Positions 27,056 to 37,822 of a stretch of DNA of 64,000 bases are shown here, one piece after another. A model generated the notes under the pieces. That model saw only the letters and a list, made by a program, of their open reading frames with translations. It did no database searches and was not told the origin of the DNA. Numbering within the stretch: position 1 is the first letter of the stretch; every line of letters begins with the position of its first letter. The position numbers were made by a program, and so were the translations under genes. Source of the DNA: Psilocybe cubensis (Eukaryota); the NCBI GenBank assembly GCA_017499595.2, contig CM039007.1:930001-994000 (forward strand). Reading direction: 5' to 3'.

Positions 27056-27690
27056 ATAGCCTACTACCTTTGAACGTCACTGGGTCCTGAGGTTTGATTT
27101 CCTGATCCAAGAATTATAGTGAGCATATTTGGACTCTCTGAGGAAGGAAAGCTAATCAAAATATAACAGTAAAAGAAGCATGGGGGTCCGGTATGGTGTC
27201 AACCCACTATTTTGAGCCATTTAACCCTCGCCTCATGGCTAATCCCTGCAATTATGACGATACAGAAGCGGGCCAACATGTTAACAGGTTGTCACGGTCA
27301 AATTAATAGCCTACTACTTGTGAACGTCAGCTGGTCCTGCAGGTTGGATATCTGAATCGAAATAAAAATACTTGCATTCCGAAAATGCGGATCTTGGAAT
27401 GACTTGTGTATCCTCTATATTCCGGGAAAGGCAAATCAAACAGACTGTAACAGGAAAAGAAGCCATGGCTTCGGTCTGCGATTTACTCCCTACTCTGAGT
27501 CATTTAACTCCCACCTCCCGGTTAACTCCCGAAATCATGACACCACGGAAGCGGGCCATGTACACAAACATAAACCCAGTATACATCACCTAACCATCCG
27601 ATATTACCGACGACCGTCGAACTCATGGCTTACTGAACTTGACCACTGCTACGTGTCACACCAGCTGGTCCTGTGAACCGAATAAAAAAA
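27056..27690 (+). repeat. Degenerate tandem repeat, ~250-330 bp unit, two copies plus a partial third
   Basis: atagcctactac.t.tgaacgtca....gtcctg at 27056 and 27306, partial cagctggtcctg at ~27662; internal aaagaagc..ttaac..gaagcgggcca blocks shared. Confidence 0.75.
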
Positions 27691-27739
27691 CGTGTATCTT
27701 CGGGAAGTGCGAGCCTACGTATTCAAAGCGCGGCCTTGT

Positions 27740-28604
27740 CATCTTCAGCTTGTGGTACGGCCACTGTCTGTGAGCTGGATTCCGGGGGTGCTTGTTCAGT
27801 ATTTTCATTCTCCTGAGGTTTGGCCTTCGTTTCGTCATCTTTCTGAGATCCACCTGCTGTATTCTGAGCAGCTCCGTCTTTCAACCATTGTACAAGTTTT
27901 ACGTTATCACGCTAAACATACGAAAAGATGTTTAGAATAGGTTATCGAAGATGATACTAGTGCATTCTTCTCACCATCCGTTGACGGTGGAACAACCAGA
28001 CAGGCGGCCGCGGAAGTCCTAAATACGTCTGGATGAAATAAATGCGCTTCGCCTCCTCGGGATGCTTCAAATATTTCATTTTGGAGTTATCCGCGACCAG
28101 GAATACCGGAACTTCCACGTCCCCAATGGCAATATCTGCATACTCACACTTGTAGTAGAACAGACAATCCATCATGTCCGAACATGCGGTAGACGCTTTA
28201 TCCCAGTCCGACTTACCGACCTCCAGTTCGTTTTTCTCTGCAAAACGTATGAAGTCGGACCACCGAAGTGGGAATCCAAGCACCCTGTAGGACACTTTGC
28301 CATTGGGAACCCATCGAGGTGGAAACGGTGGGAGGGTCCATCCCTCTGGAGGTTCTTTGAACTCTGCAGGATGCACAGGCCATTCTTCCATATCTGTGGC
28401 GCCTTCATACCATCTTCTCCGTCGTTAGTTAGCTTAATGAGAGAATTTGAAGAAAGAGAATGACTAACGGGACAGTTTTCTTTACCATTTGTCACAACCT
28501 GTAGCGTGTTGGGTAAGGGCAAGTGTACTCGCTGTCAAGGTCATTCAATTCAATTCAACTTAAATAGTGGCACGTGAAATATTTCACACGACACTGACTC
28601 ATTG
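27740..28604 (-). repeat. Left arm of ~0.85-kb inverted duplication (partner 35175..36040)
   Basis: Reverse complement aligns with 35175..36040 across upstream region, ORF and 3' flank (e.g. caatgag..agtgtcgtgtgaaatatt.cacgtg; gcatcttttcgtatgtttagcgtgataac). Confidence 0.9.
27957..28391 (-). CDS. Small hypothetical protein, copy A (Trp/Pro-rich N-terminus, unknown family)
   Basis: 144-aa open ORF MEEWPVHPAEFKEPPEGWTLPPFPPRWVPNGKVSYRVLGFPLRWSDF...YLGLPRPPVWLF; closely paralogous to 35400..35849. A further 5' exon is possible. Confidence 0.7.
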   Translation of the reverse strand: MEEWPVHPAEFKEPPEGWTLPPFPPRWVPNGKVSYRVLGFPLRWSDFIRFAEKNELEVGKSDWDKASTACSDMMDCLFYYKCEYADIAIGDVEVPVFLVADNSKMKYLKHPEEAKRIYFIQTYLGLPRPPVWLFHRQRMVRRMH

Positions 28605-28608
28605 TTAA

Positions 28609-29070
28609 TTGAATCACGATGAAGATGAGGAAGAGGAAGACAACAAAGGCGCTGATCAGGGTAAGGAGAAGGAGCAGGGAGAGGCAGAGCAGGGAGAGGA
28701 GGCGAAGCAAGGAAAGGAAGGAGAGGGGAAGGACGGAGAGGAGGACAAGGACGAGGAGTGAGAGGTCGAAGACGAGGGTGAGGAGAGAGAGGAGGATCAC
28801 CAAAATGGCGCAAACAATATGCAAGAAGCCTTACGACTATTCTACAGCAGTCCTGGAGATGAGTTAGTTGGCCCCATTACCGGTAACATATCCAACGCCA
28901 TACCACGCAAAGAATGGACAAAACCACTGTTGCTAGGTTATCTCGATGGCATTGTCCCCGAAAATGCAGCCAGACAAGCAGCTCCAAAGGCAAAGAAAAA
29001 AGACGTTGGGGCAAATACGGCGTCTCACGAAATGCCTGACTCGCAAGAAAGTGTTGCAACGCATGATTAG
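28609..29070 (+). pseudogene. 5'-truncated fragment of an acidic (D/E-rich) protein gene with in-frame stop
   Basis: Frame reads DEDEEEEDNKGADQG...EEDKDEE*(TGA 28759)EVEDEGEEREEDHQNGANNMQEALRLFYSS...ATHD*; it starts abruptly at the inverted-repeat boundary. Confidence 0.55.
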
Positions 29071-29399
29071 CATCATGTATGGCGTCAAGTAAATTTCATT
29101 TCATCTACCCAAGAACACCGTTCAAGCATCCTCAGATCATGAGGTGTAGCTTTCTCCAATTTGAAGAAGATCACTATCACGAAATAGACAAAGTTAGTTA
29201 TGCGATATGGAATAGGTAGCGTACATACCACGTTGGCTACCGAATCAGAAACTGTATTATTACATGAACCAATTACAAAGAAATGTGTGCACCCATATTT
29301 GAGTCCTTTGCAAAAAGTCTCCGTGGAGGCATCGTGTAATTTTGGTTTGGGCAGGGCGGGTGGACTTGCCCATGACGGTAGGAAGACGACAATGCGGAG

Positions 29400-29510
29400 C
29401 TCTTCGCCTTACTTAGTGCGCCAGAACGGAGGCAGGCGTTACGAGCTCGCGATTGGGAACTCAGCGTCGTGGTCGCGGTCGCGGTCAGCGCGTGGGGCGA
29501 CGGACAGGTG
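29400..29510 (-). pseudogene. Degenerate fragment paralogous to the gene at ~62 kb
   Basis: Minus strand reads DRDRDHDAEFPIASS*RLPPFWRTK*G versus HDHDHDAELPMASSQRLVVTSQLPAFWRTKWG at 62190..62280. Confidence 0.75.
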
Positions 29511-30371
29511 GGATGTACCCATGCATCAGCTCTCGCTGCGGTCCGTGCGCATTATCGCACTCACTGAGAGGCGTAACATCATCGTCGACTTCAAGCGCTA
29601 CGCGCTGCGCACCAAGAAGATTAATGGCGCGTTGGTCAACTACAACGTCTGGTGAGCAGAATCCGCACTCCGCATTGAAATGAGCACTGAGGACGTGTGT
29701 TCAACAGGAATGGAGCACCATCCCACAAAGCACGCACACGCCCACGCCCACCCGTCCACCTATGCGACCACACCCGCACCACCAGGCCGCGACGAGCCAT
29801 TTCCATTTCCCCGGCGTGCATGGCACGAAAAATACTCCTATACTTACCCAGCGGTTCGAATTCCTGTCAATATTGCAGGCGCTCAAATGCACCTTCCCAT
29901 CCCTTCAGCTTCAGCTCCGGCTTTCCATGTATCAGGCACGTCAAGTCATCCAAATTCCAAATTTCAGATTCGAGTCAAAGTCCAAAGATGAGAATTCCAT
30001 TGGGGACTGGGAAGGGGAGTTAGCTGGCAAAGAGTACGTCCCGATATAATCCAGATACACAGAGAAAATGCCCAGGTTCTTTAAACTTAAGGTCAAGGAG
30101 GTGAACACAAACCCAGCGGGGAGCCGTAGCCATATTAAAACGGTTGTGGAATGGACGAGACGGGTGATGTGAGCTGAGTTAGATCGGATGAGGGGTTGAG
30201 CTAATAGTAAGAGTGAATTTGTCTTTGTTTGCATCTGACGCTGCCATGCGCATCATCAAATACGTGTTCAGACATCAACTTGCTGATCACTGCGACGAAC
30301 GACGAGCACCAAGGTTTTCTTTGTCCAATTCAGCTTGATCCACAAGATTCTTTACCACTATCACAGCTGCG

Positions 30372-30996
30372 ATGTTCAATTCCTTCAAGAGGAAACTCGT
30401 AGGCAACGATCTCTTCATTGTTGGACTGCGAGAGCTGAAATGAATGTGGTTCGCAATGCCACTTTGTTCTCGCATCTAGCCCGAGATATCAATCTTGTGC
30501 GTTCTGGGACATGAGATGCGGTATTGAAAGCAAATTAATATTTCTTCGATGGAATCGTAGCCATAAACCCTCCTCACCGCCTTCGCAAAAAGCGCTGGAG
30601 CTTTTGAAAGCGTCGCTATCTGCACCATACCCACCAGTGACCTCTTCATCATCCTCTTCGACCGAGAACGCAGGGAAACCACTTGACTTCAATCTCGAAG
30701 TCGTCGAGTCTCCACCAACGTCTGACCAGCTCCAGGTCATCCTCTCGTATCTACCTTCGCCTGCAGCAAACCCGTCTTTGGTGTTCCTCTCTGCACACCC
30801 GTCCAATGCACTGAGCGCGGCGGAGCAGCCGACGACGGTGAAGGGTATCGCAGAGCTGGCGCAGAAGAATCCAAATGCAATCAAGTGGCCGATTGTGGTT
30901 GATTGGCTGGATGGCAAGGCGAGTATCGGGAGTGTGGACGGTGTCAAGGGAATTTTGGAGCATTTGCGGAAGAAGAGGGATGGGGAGGTCGAGTGA
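30372..30996 (+). CDS. FMP46: FMP46/DUF1687-like mitochondrial thioredoxin-fold (ArsC-like) protein
   Basis: Exons 30372..30398, 30480..30496 and 30561..30996 give MFNSFKRKLPEISIFHKPSSPPSQKALELL...FNLEVVESPPTSDQLQVILSYL...IKWPIVVDWLDGKASIG. Confidence 0.8.
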
Positions 30997-31849
30997 GCGG
31001 GGTGAGGGACAGAAAAGAGAGATAAAGGGTGTATGGCGGGACGTCGACTCAACTCTGAATGCAAACGCGCATATATTTATGCGAAGAGGTTGCCTGTGCA
31101 TTTTTTATTGTATTTTCCTTATTTCATTGATATCCGGGGTTTTCCACAGACCAATTGATGGCCAGCGCCCATATAATTAACCACGAATACTCCGATATAC
31201 TAAGTGAGTATAGAGGCTAAAGCTGTTATTGACCTCAACAGGATTCGATCATTTCTTCGTGAGATTTCTTCCGAACTTTGGACTTTTATCACTTGATCTG
31301 TGGTGATCGCAAAGACTTACTTTTGCATGACAAAGGACCACAAGAAATTATGCATGCTTCACGCGTATAGGTGTGTTTTTTTCTTACTTTTTACTCACCT
31401 TGTAGTTGGCGACGGCGCCATACCATACGCGCAGGGCGTTTTGGGCGCCTGTATCTTCCGATAATATACTTTGCGAGTCTTAGAGTCCTTGTGCTTCATG
31501 CAGAATCCCGTATCGGCGTCTATGCAGCGCTTGAAGTATAGATGCTTGGAATCTCTATGACGGTCCTTAGTGGAGTCAAGGCGTGTGTGATTCGGCATCA
31601 TTACCTGACTTTTATGACGGGATCTGCTGGTCGTTTCCAGTAGACTGTCCAATTTCTTTTGCGCGTTTGACTTGAAAAATTTAGCTGATGAATTGTATCG
31701 CGATGGGTGTATATTTGAATCTGGCAGTACCTTCGTCGCCTCACTGTGCCTGCCAGGGGTGCTAGGCGTTGGATTCACGTGCCCCGCACCGATAACGAAT
31801 CGCAATTGCAATTTTCGGGGCCATACCAACCTTCCCTCGCAACCTCATA

Positions 31850-32645
31850 ATGACCACACCCGGGCCAGGTTTTGCTGACTTTCGACAGGTCAGAAAGGCT
31901 TTGGTGCAATGTCAGACATGCTTCAAGTCCAGTAACACGGATGGTGTAACCCTATTCAAGTGCGCTGGCTGCAGAATGGCACTTTACTGCGTAAGTAATC
32001 CAATTCCCATGAAATGAAAAGCTAAAGTGCTGTCATTGCCAATAGAGTAAAGAGTGCCAAAAGGGAAACTGGAGAAACCATAAAGGAACTTGCTACAACC
32101 TTCAATTGCTGATCGCAGACTCCTCTTCGGCAGAGGACAAAATGGTGTGGGCGCTGGACCGGTACTGCAGCAAGAACCAACCACTACTCGCACAATACGG
32201 GGTGCGCGTTATGGATCTCGCTTCAGATATTACGCGCGGGAAACGTGATGTCTGTACTATTTTTCTGAAGTACGTGCCGGAGCTAGCAACGCGAGGAAAG
32301 CCGGAACACGCGAAGTTCGTGGCAGTAGGAGTTGAAGTCAGGCCCATTGAAAAATTTGGTGTACGACACAGGTTGCAGAGGTCTATCGACGCGTTCCATG
32401 GATATATAACGACCCGGCTCAGCAACGAGGGATTTATTGGTGGTTTTCTTGTCTTTCTCATGGTGGCAGGGACAAATGTAGCCAAATTATGCCCTATATC
32501 CTTCAAGGACGATATCTATCGGTTGGAGACTGGCCACGACTGGACCAACACGATGCTCAGTGCGCTGAATGATGGAAAAAATGTAGCTGTAGTACCTCCA
32601 GAGTTGTACAGCTTGTGCACTCATATGCTACAATATTTAACATGA
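31850..32645 (+). CDS. zf-MYND domain protein, paralog 1 (intact)
   Basis: CQTC...KCAGCRMALYC|SKECQKGNWRNHKGTC; phase-0 intron 31991..32045; ~170-aa C-terminal domain ending DWTNTMLSALNDG. Confidence 0.88.
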
Positions 32646-32787
32646 TTGCTTCTGTCCGATTTGTGGGAAAGCCATCAAATCAGAGATTGCACACGATCAT
32701 TTAAGCTTCAAGCCTCGGGTTTCTACTATTTCTAACACCATCCAACGCCTCGCTCCTTTGTTACCTCAATATTTTGGGCCTGAATCC

Positions 32788-33522
32788 ATGCCTTTGGAGG
32801 AAAAAAGACTTCGAAAAGATCTTGTGCAATGTCAAGGTTGTTGGAAATCAGCAAATGATGGGGTCGCTCTCTTTAAGTGCGGAGGCTGTCAGGCATCATA
32901 TTACTGTGTACGCCGTTATTAGTTTGATTATCTTAGGGGCACTATGGACTGGGCATTTTTCTCACTTCTGAACGCAGAGCAAAGAGTGCCAAAAGGCTGT
33001 ATGGCCACGTCATAAACCAATATGTCAAGGCATCCGCAGCTTCAAAGGCGTGGGCAACCCTTCCATAAACGATCGACACAACTTGCTACGTGCGTACTGC
33101 ATAAAGAAGCGCCCACTCATGATGTCATATGGCTTGATGGCTCTCGATCTGCATCGAAACATGGCAAGATGGGAGAACGAGGTGTTTCACGTCATAGTCC
33201 ATCCGTGGCCCGGAGAATCGAATCCCCGCCTAGATCAGACATTCCTTGCGATTGACGCGAAGCCGCGACGTATCGACGAGTTACACGAAGTACATGAACT
33301 GGGAATTCGTCAGGAGTTAGAGAAGCTTAAGGCTGAAGTGAAGGGAGACAAGCAACTGTGCGGTATGGTGGTCATAACGACAGACATCGAGAGCATGATA
33401 TCCATAACGTGGCCAATTGCATTCACCGACGTGTTGCCCGCAATCCCTCCGGGAGTTGATGCGGACGATGGAAAGAACCTCTACTTATCAAGTTAAATTT
33501 TGGTATGATACCCAAGGTTTGA
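32788..33522 (+). pseudogene. zf-MYND domain protein, paralog 2 (frameshifted near C-terminus)
   Basis: CQGC...KCGGCQASYYC|SKECQKAVWPRHKPIC; intron 32908..32977; main frame stops at 33496 while the conserved WKEPLLIKLNFG lies in another frame (33469..33522). Could be a functional truncated gene or an assembly indel. Confidence 0.7.
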
Positions 33523-33766
33523 TTTGGAATCGGATGGGAAATCAAATTATATTTATATCCGTCAAAATCACTTCTCTACCTTAGTATGCGTTCGCCTCCG
33601 GGCCTTTCTACTGAGCTTCCAACTTTAGCGCCCAACGTCAGTGTTACCAACCCATAAGATGTGGCTAGCTGGCCGGATCAATGATGTCTTATGCCGATCA
33701 AATTTCTGATCTGTACTAATTCTCCTTTGACAAGAACCACCATCATCCCAAAACCAGCATAGGGAA

Positions 33767-34552
33767 ATGGACTTAGCCCCGGCGTCCACTGGACCGCTTC
33801 CTTATGGATGGCTCAGAAAAAGTATGATGCAGTGTATAAAATATCGCAAGCAACCGCTCTGGGACGGCGTAACCCTCTCCAAGTGCGCCAGCTGCCAAAC
33901 CACACATTATTGTGTACGTTAATTCTGCTCGAAGCCTTTGATCTGTATTCAGCTAACATCAGTTTACCTTTTGTGCACATCTAAATCTAGAGTAAAAGCT
34001 GCCAGAAAGCGGACTGGCCAGTGCATAAAACCACATGTTCGAAATTTCGTGATATACTGCAAGCCGACGCCTCTGCGCCTGAAGACGCTAGGATACAGAA
34101 AGCACTGCATTTATTCGCCAATAAACACAAATCCGTTCTAGGGACGTATGGGGTGATTGCTATGGATTTCCGATTCGATGTCACGCGAGGACTGCGTGAT
34201 GCTGTGGCCGTTTTCTTAAAGTACGTGCCGAACGAAAAGCGGACCGACCAGGCGTTTAAAGCGATACACGCAGCGGTTGTACCCTTTGAACTCTTTGGGG
34301 TGGAAAGGGAAGAATATCTGCGCGAGGAGTCGCGCAAACTTCACGACGAGGTGAAGGGAACACGGACAATTGGATGCGTTTTGGTCGTTTGTTTCACTGT
34401 TGACTCAGGGTTGATTCATGTGTCTCCTATGTCATTCGGGAATCGGGAGGGACATGTTGACAACGGGAACGACCAGCGATTGGAGAACTTGCTTGATTAA
34501 TGCTTTGAATACTGGTATCTCCGATGGCTTACATCCATTCTTATACGGATAG
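33767..34552 (+). pseudogene. zf-MYND domain protein, paralog 3 (lost Cys ligand and frameshifted)
   Basis: CIKY (second Cys replaced by Tyr)...KCASCQTTHYC|SKSCQKADWPVHKTTC; intron 33914..33990; main frame stops at 34500, conserved DWRTCLINALNTG lies in the +1 frame (34478..34552). Confidence 0.75.
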
Positions 34553-34834
34553 ATTATGGGTCAAAATATGTGTGGTGCATAACATCTGGATGTTATCCTC
34601 TCTACTTCAGATCGCCAGGTGGCTCATTTTGAAGGCTTCATTCTCAGGTCAAAATTTCCCACTGCCCTCTAACACATCGCCATGAATCATCTCGAGGTTG
34701 AAAAATACCGTACTCAAACCAACAAACCATCATCTGCACGCCCAACGAGCAACCATATCACAATTTCTTCACGTCACTTGGAAGGACCCCGATGGGGTTC
34801 CCGGAGAATATTGTTGAATAAGACAGAGCTAAAA

Positions 34835-35105
34835 GTTTTGACAAATGAACCAGAAAACCGTTTTGTTTGTCATTCTTTATCTCCAAGTACAACTCTGACG
34901 GAGCTAACTAAAAGTAAAAGATGGTATGAAAACGAGGAAGATGTAGCAGACTGGCCTGTGCATCCTTCAGAGTTCAAAGAACCTCCTCAGGGTTGGTCCC
35001 TCCCACTGCTTCCACCTCGATGGGTTCTCGATGGCAATGTGTCTTACAGGGTGCTTGGATTCCCACTTCGGTACTCCGACTTCATACGATTCGCAGAGAA
35101 AAAGT
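34835..35105 (+). pseudogene. Truncated third copy (C) of the Trp/Pro-rich small protein gene
   Basis: RWYENEEDVADWPVHPSEFKEPPQGWSLPLLPPRWVLDGNVSYRVLGFPLRYSDFIRFAEK then homology stops; lies directly upstream of copy B. Confidence 0.8.
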
Positions 35106-35174
35106 GAGTATTTGGTTGTAGCTACTCGTTATCAAAGAAGCCAAGAAAGCAAGAGAAAGTTGATCAACGTGGTT

Positions 35175-36040
35175 CAATGAGCTAGTGTCGTGTGAAATAT
35201 TACACGTGTATTGTCACTATTTAAGTTGAATTGAGTTAAATGACCGTGGCAGCAAGTGCCCATTGATTTCCCTAACACCGAACACGCTACAGGTTTTGAC
35301 AAATGGCAAAGAAAACTGTTTCGTTAGTCATTCTCATTCTTCAAATCCTCTCATTAAGCTAACTAACGATGGTGAAGATGGCATGAAGACGCGAAAGATG
35401 TGGAAGACTCGCCTGTGCATCCTACGGCAGAGTTCAAAGAACCTCCAGAGGGATGGACTCTCCCACCGTTCCCACCTCGATGGGTGCCTCGTGGCAATGT
35501 GTCCTACAGGGTGCTTGGATTCCCACTTCGGTGGTCCGACTTCATACGATTTGCAGAGCAACACGAACTGGAGGTCGGTGAGTCGGAATGGGATAAAGCG
35601 TCCGCTGCATTTTCGGACATGATGGATTATCTCGTCGACTACAAGTGTCAGTTTGCAGAGATTGCCATTGGGGACGCGGAAGTTCCGGTAATCTTGGTTG
35701 CGGATAACTCCAAAATGAAACATTTGAAGCATCCCAAGGAGGCGAAGCGCATTTATTTCGTCCAGACGTATTTGGGACTTAAGCGGCCGCCTGTCTGGTT
35801 GTTCCACCGTCAACGGATGGTGAGAAGAACGCATTATTATCATCTTTGATAACCAATTCTAAGCATCTTTTCGTATGTTTAGCGTGATAACATAAAACTT
35901 GAGAAATGGTTTGATGAAGAAGACGTCGAAAATGAAGAACAATCTCAACAAGATGGCAAAACTGACCACGCACTAGAGAAAATTGAAAACTCTGAGCAAG
36001 CCCCCCTTGGAATCAGCTCGCAGATTGACGATGACAAATC
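35175..36040 (+). repeat. Right arm of ~0.85-kb inverted duplication (partner 27740..28604)
   Basis: Aligns to the reverse complement of 27740..28604 in coding and non-coding flanks. Confidence 0.9.
35400..35849 (+). CDS. Small hypothetical protein, copy B (Trp/Pro-rich N-terminus, unknown family)
   Basis: 149-codon open frame highly similar to copy A (EFKEPPEGWTLPPFPPRWVP.G.VSYRVLGFPLRWSDFIRFAE...VADNSKMK.LKHP.EAKRIYF.QTYLGL.RPPVWLFHRQRMVRR). The Met of copy A is GTG here, so the start is unresolved. Confidence 0.6.
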   Translation: MEDSPVHPTAEFKEPPEGWTLPPFPPRWVPRGNVSYRVLGFPLRWSDFIRFAEQHELEVGESEWDKASAAFSDMMDYLVDYKCQFAEIAIGDAEVPVILVADNSKMKHLKHPKEAKRIYFVQTYLGLKRPPVWLFHRQRMVRRTHYYHL

Positions 36041-37822
36041 CAAGTGATTACGCTTCACGACCAAGACGTATATATAGAGAACTGTGAACGTATGTGTTGC
36101 CAAAGTTAACTTTCAAGAGACTATTCGGTTATCAGTAAACGTGTTTTGGTGAACTGGGCCAACGGTGAGGCTGTTTGCGTCCCCGTTTCCTCGAAAAAGA
36201 AATAAAACGCAAAGAGCACAAAGTTACACAGAGCATAGATAACAAAGCCAAGAAGAGAATAAAGCAAAAAAAAAAAATCCGCTTTTTATTCGATGGCTCT
36301 TTGGCGCCTCTATATGCATGATGTGAGTGTAATACGTCGCTTGATGAACGTTAAAGGGTCGGCTGTCAATACGTTGGAGATCTGGGTTGGCATTGTGATT
36401 TTTATCGGTATGTTCGTCGTCCGGAAAAGCTGCCTCTGTATCTGTGGGCTCCACTGCGCTGCGCTTTTTTTGTGTGGCTGTATCCCTGTGTATCTGGCGT
36501 CTATCGAGTGTCTGCCTGCTAGGATTTGGGGACTTGGCGACGTGGTCTTTCTTGTATTTCCTCTCCTATTGCGCTTCGTAATCTGGATGGCCTGACGCAG
36601 ATGAAGGGGAAGGTAGGAACGCAAAGATGGAAGGTGAATTTAGGACTGCGCCTTGGCAACTTCCGGGCGCATATATTCACACATTTTCCACTACTTCGTC
36701 TGGGTGTGTGGGTGTGGGTGCTTCCAGGGCCAATCCAGGACATTAGCATCGGACACACGTCCAGTGGCGTACCTGGTTGAATGAAGGGCCAGAGCTAGAG
36801 CTGCGGATGCGGAACTCTCAATCTGTACGTCCTCGTTTTTCTCTTTGTCGAGGTAAGTGCCTGAAGTGAGTGCGTGGAGTATTCATGATCTCACCGCTCT
36901 CTCTGGGTTGTCTGAATCCTGCATCTTTTCGAGAAGGATCATTGATTGTATTCTGCGAACGGCGACGCTATGCCTATTTCTTTCTAGATGTGTGATCGTG
37001 TTTGATGTCTTTTTTTGAGTGGAAATTTTTCCGGGGTCAGAAGGGAATAAGCGCGGCTATAACGCGTTGATTACTATTTGTATATGTCTGGACTTGGCGC
37101 AGCTTACCGCACGCATGTGGCCTGGCTGCAGCTCAGGACAAGGTGTCTAATGATCTACGCTCGCTGATTAATCTTTTCTGATAATTGATAGCTTGAGATG
37201 TGACTGAGATTTTTTTACATCTTGGTCATCGATGTTGAGTACTGAAAGCAGTGAGTTGAACAATGAGGCGTTTAGGTGGTGCAGGTCCTGGGATAGGCTG
37301 GCCTACTGTCCTCAACTATCTCCATCATTGCCACTTGACTATCACCAATTTATGCGAGCTGATTATGACTGATCATGACACAGATAAAGACAGAAGACAA
37401 CATGGACTGCGAGTTTACCCCCACATCCATGTCCATATCAACATGTCCCGTCCATCTTCCAGTGTCGAAACTTCGTCGAACTTGAAATTTTTGAAAAATT
37501 GGGATGTTGAGTGACACTGACAGTGAAAAGTTTTGGTTCTCTGACGAGGCGCGTTGATTTTGGAAGGCAATCAAGGTGTCTGCTGGATAATAAACAGATA
37601 CAAGAAAGAAAGTTGAACAACTTGAAAAAAAAAATAAGCGGCAGAGACCTCAGGCAATATAAATCGCATAATTTGCCACGATAATTTATGTCTAAGCGAC
37701 GGTAACCGGTTGGCTAATAACCGGAACTTCAACCAGTCACCCCACTCTGACGTACCTTTGCTCTTGAATATAGCTCACGTTCATCACACATTCTTTGATC
37801 GACTATATAAAACGAGGAGGAC

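Noticed and set aside
28574-28587. Perfect 14-bp palindrome GTGAAATATTTCAC near the inverted-repeat edge
   Set aside because: Short, AT-rich and not perfectly kept in the partner arm; no independent support for function.
28619-28867. Arg-rich 82-aa ORF and its Leu-rich antisense ORF
   Set aside because: Alternate frames of a purine-rich D/E-coding remnant.
31395-31829. 144-aa minus-strand ORF divergent from MYND paralog 1
   Set aside because: No recognisable motif or convincing start and splice structure; cannot be supported as a gene.
27740-36040. DNA transposon with long terminal inverted repeats
   Set aside because: Arms are diverged gene duplicates, no transposase motif or target-site duplication was seen, and the interval holds a conserved housekeeping-type gene.
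36224-36780. Cluster of short overlapping ORFs between copy B and MYND paralog 4
   Set aside because: Frames contain stops and show no homology within the window; possibly a relic but not supportable.
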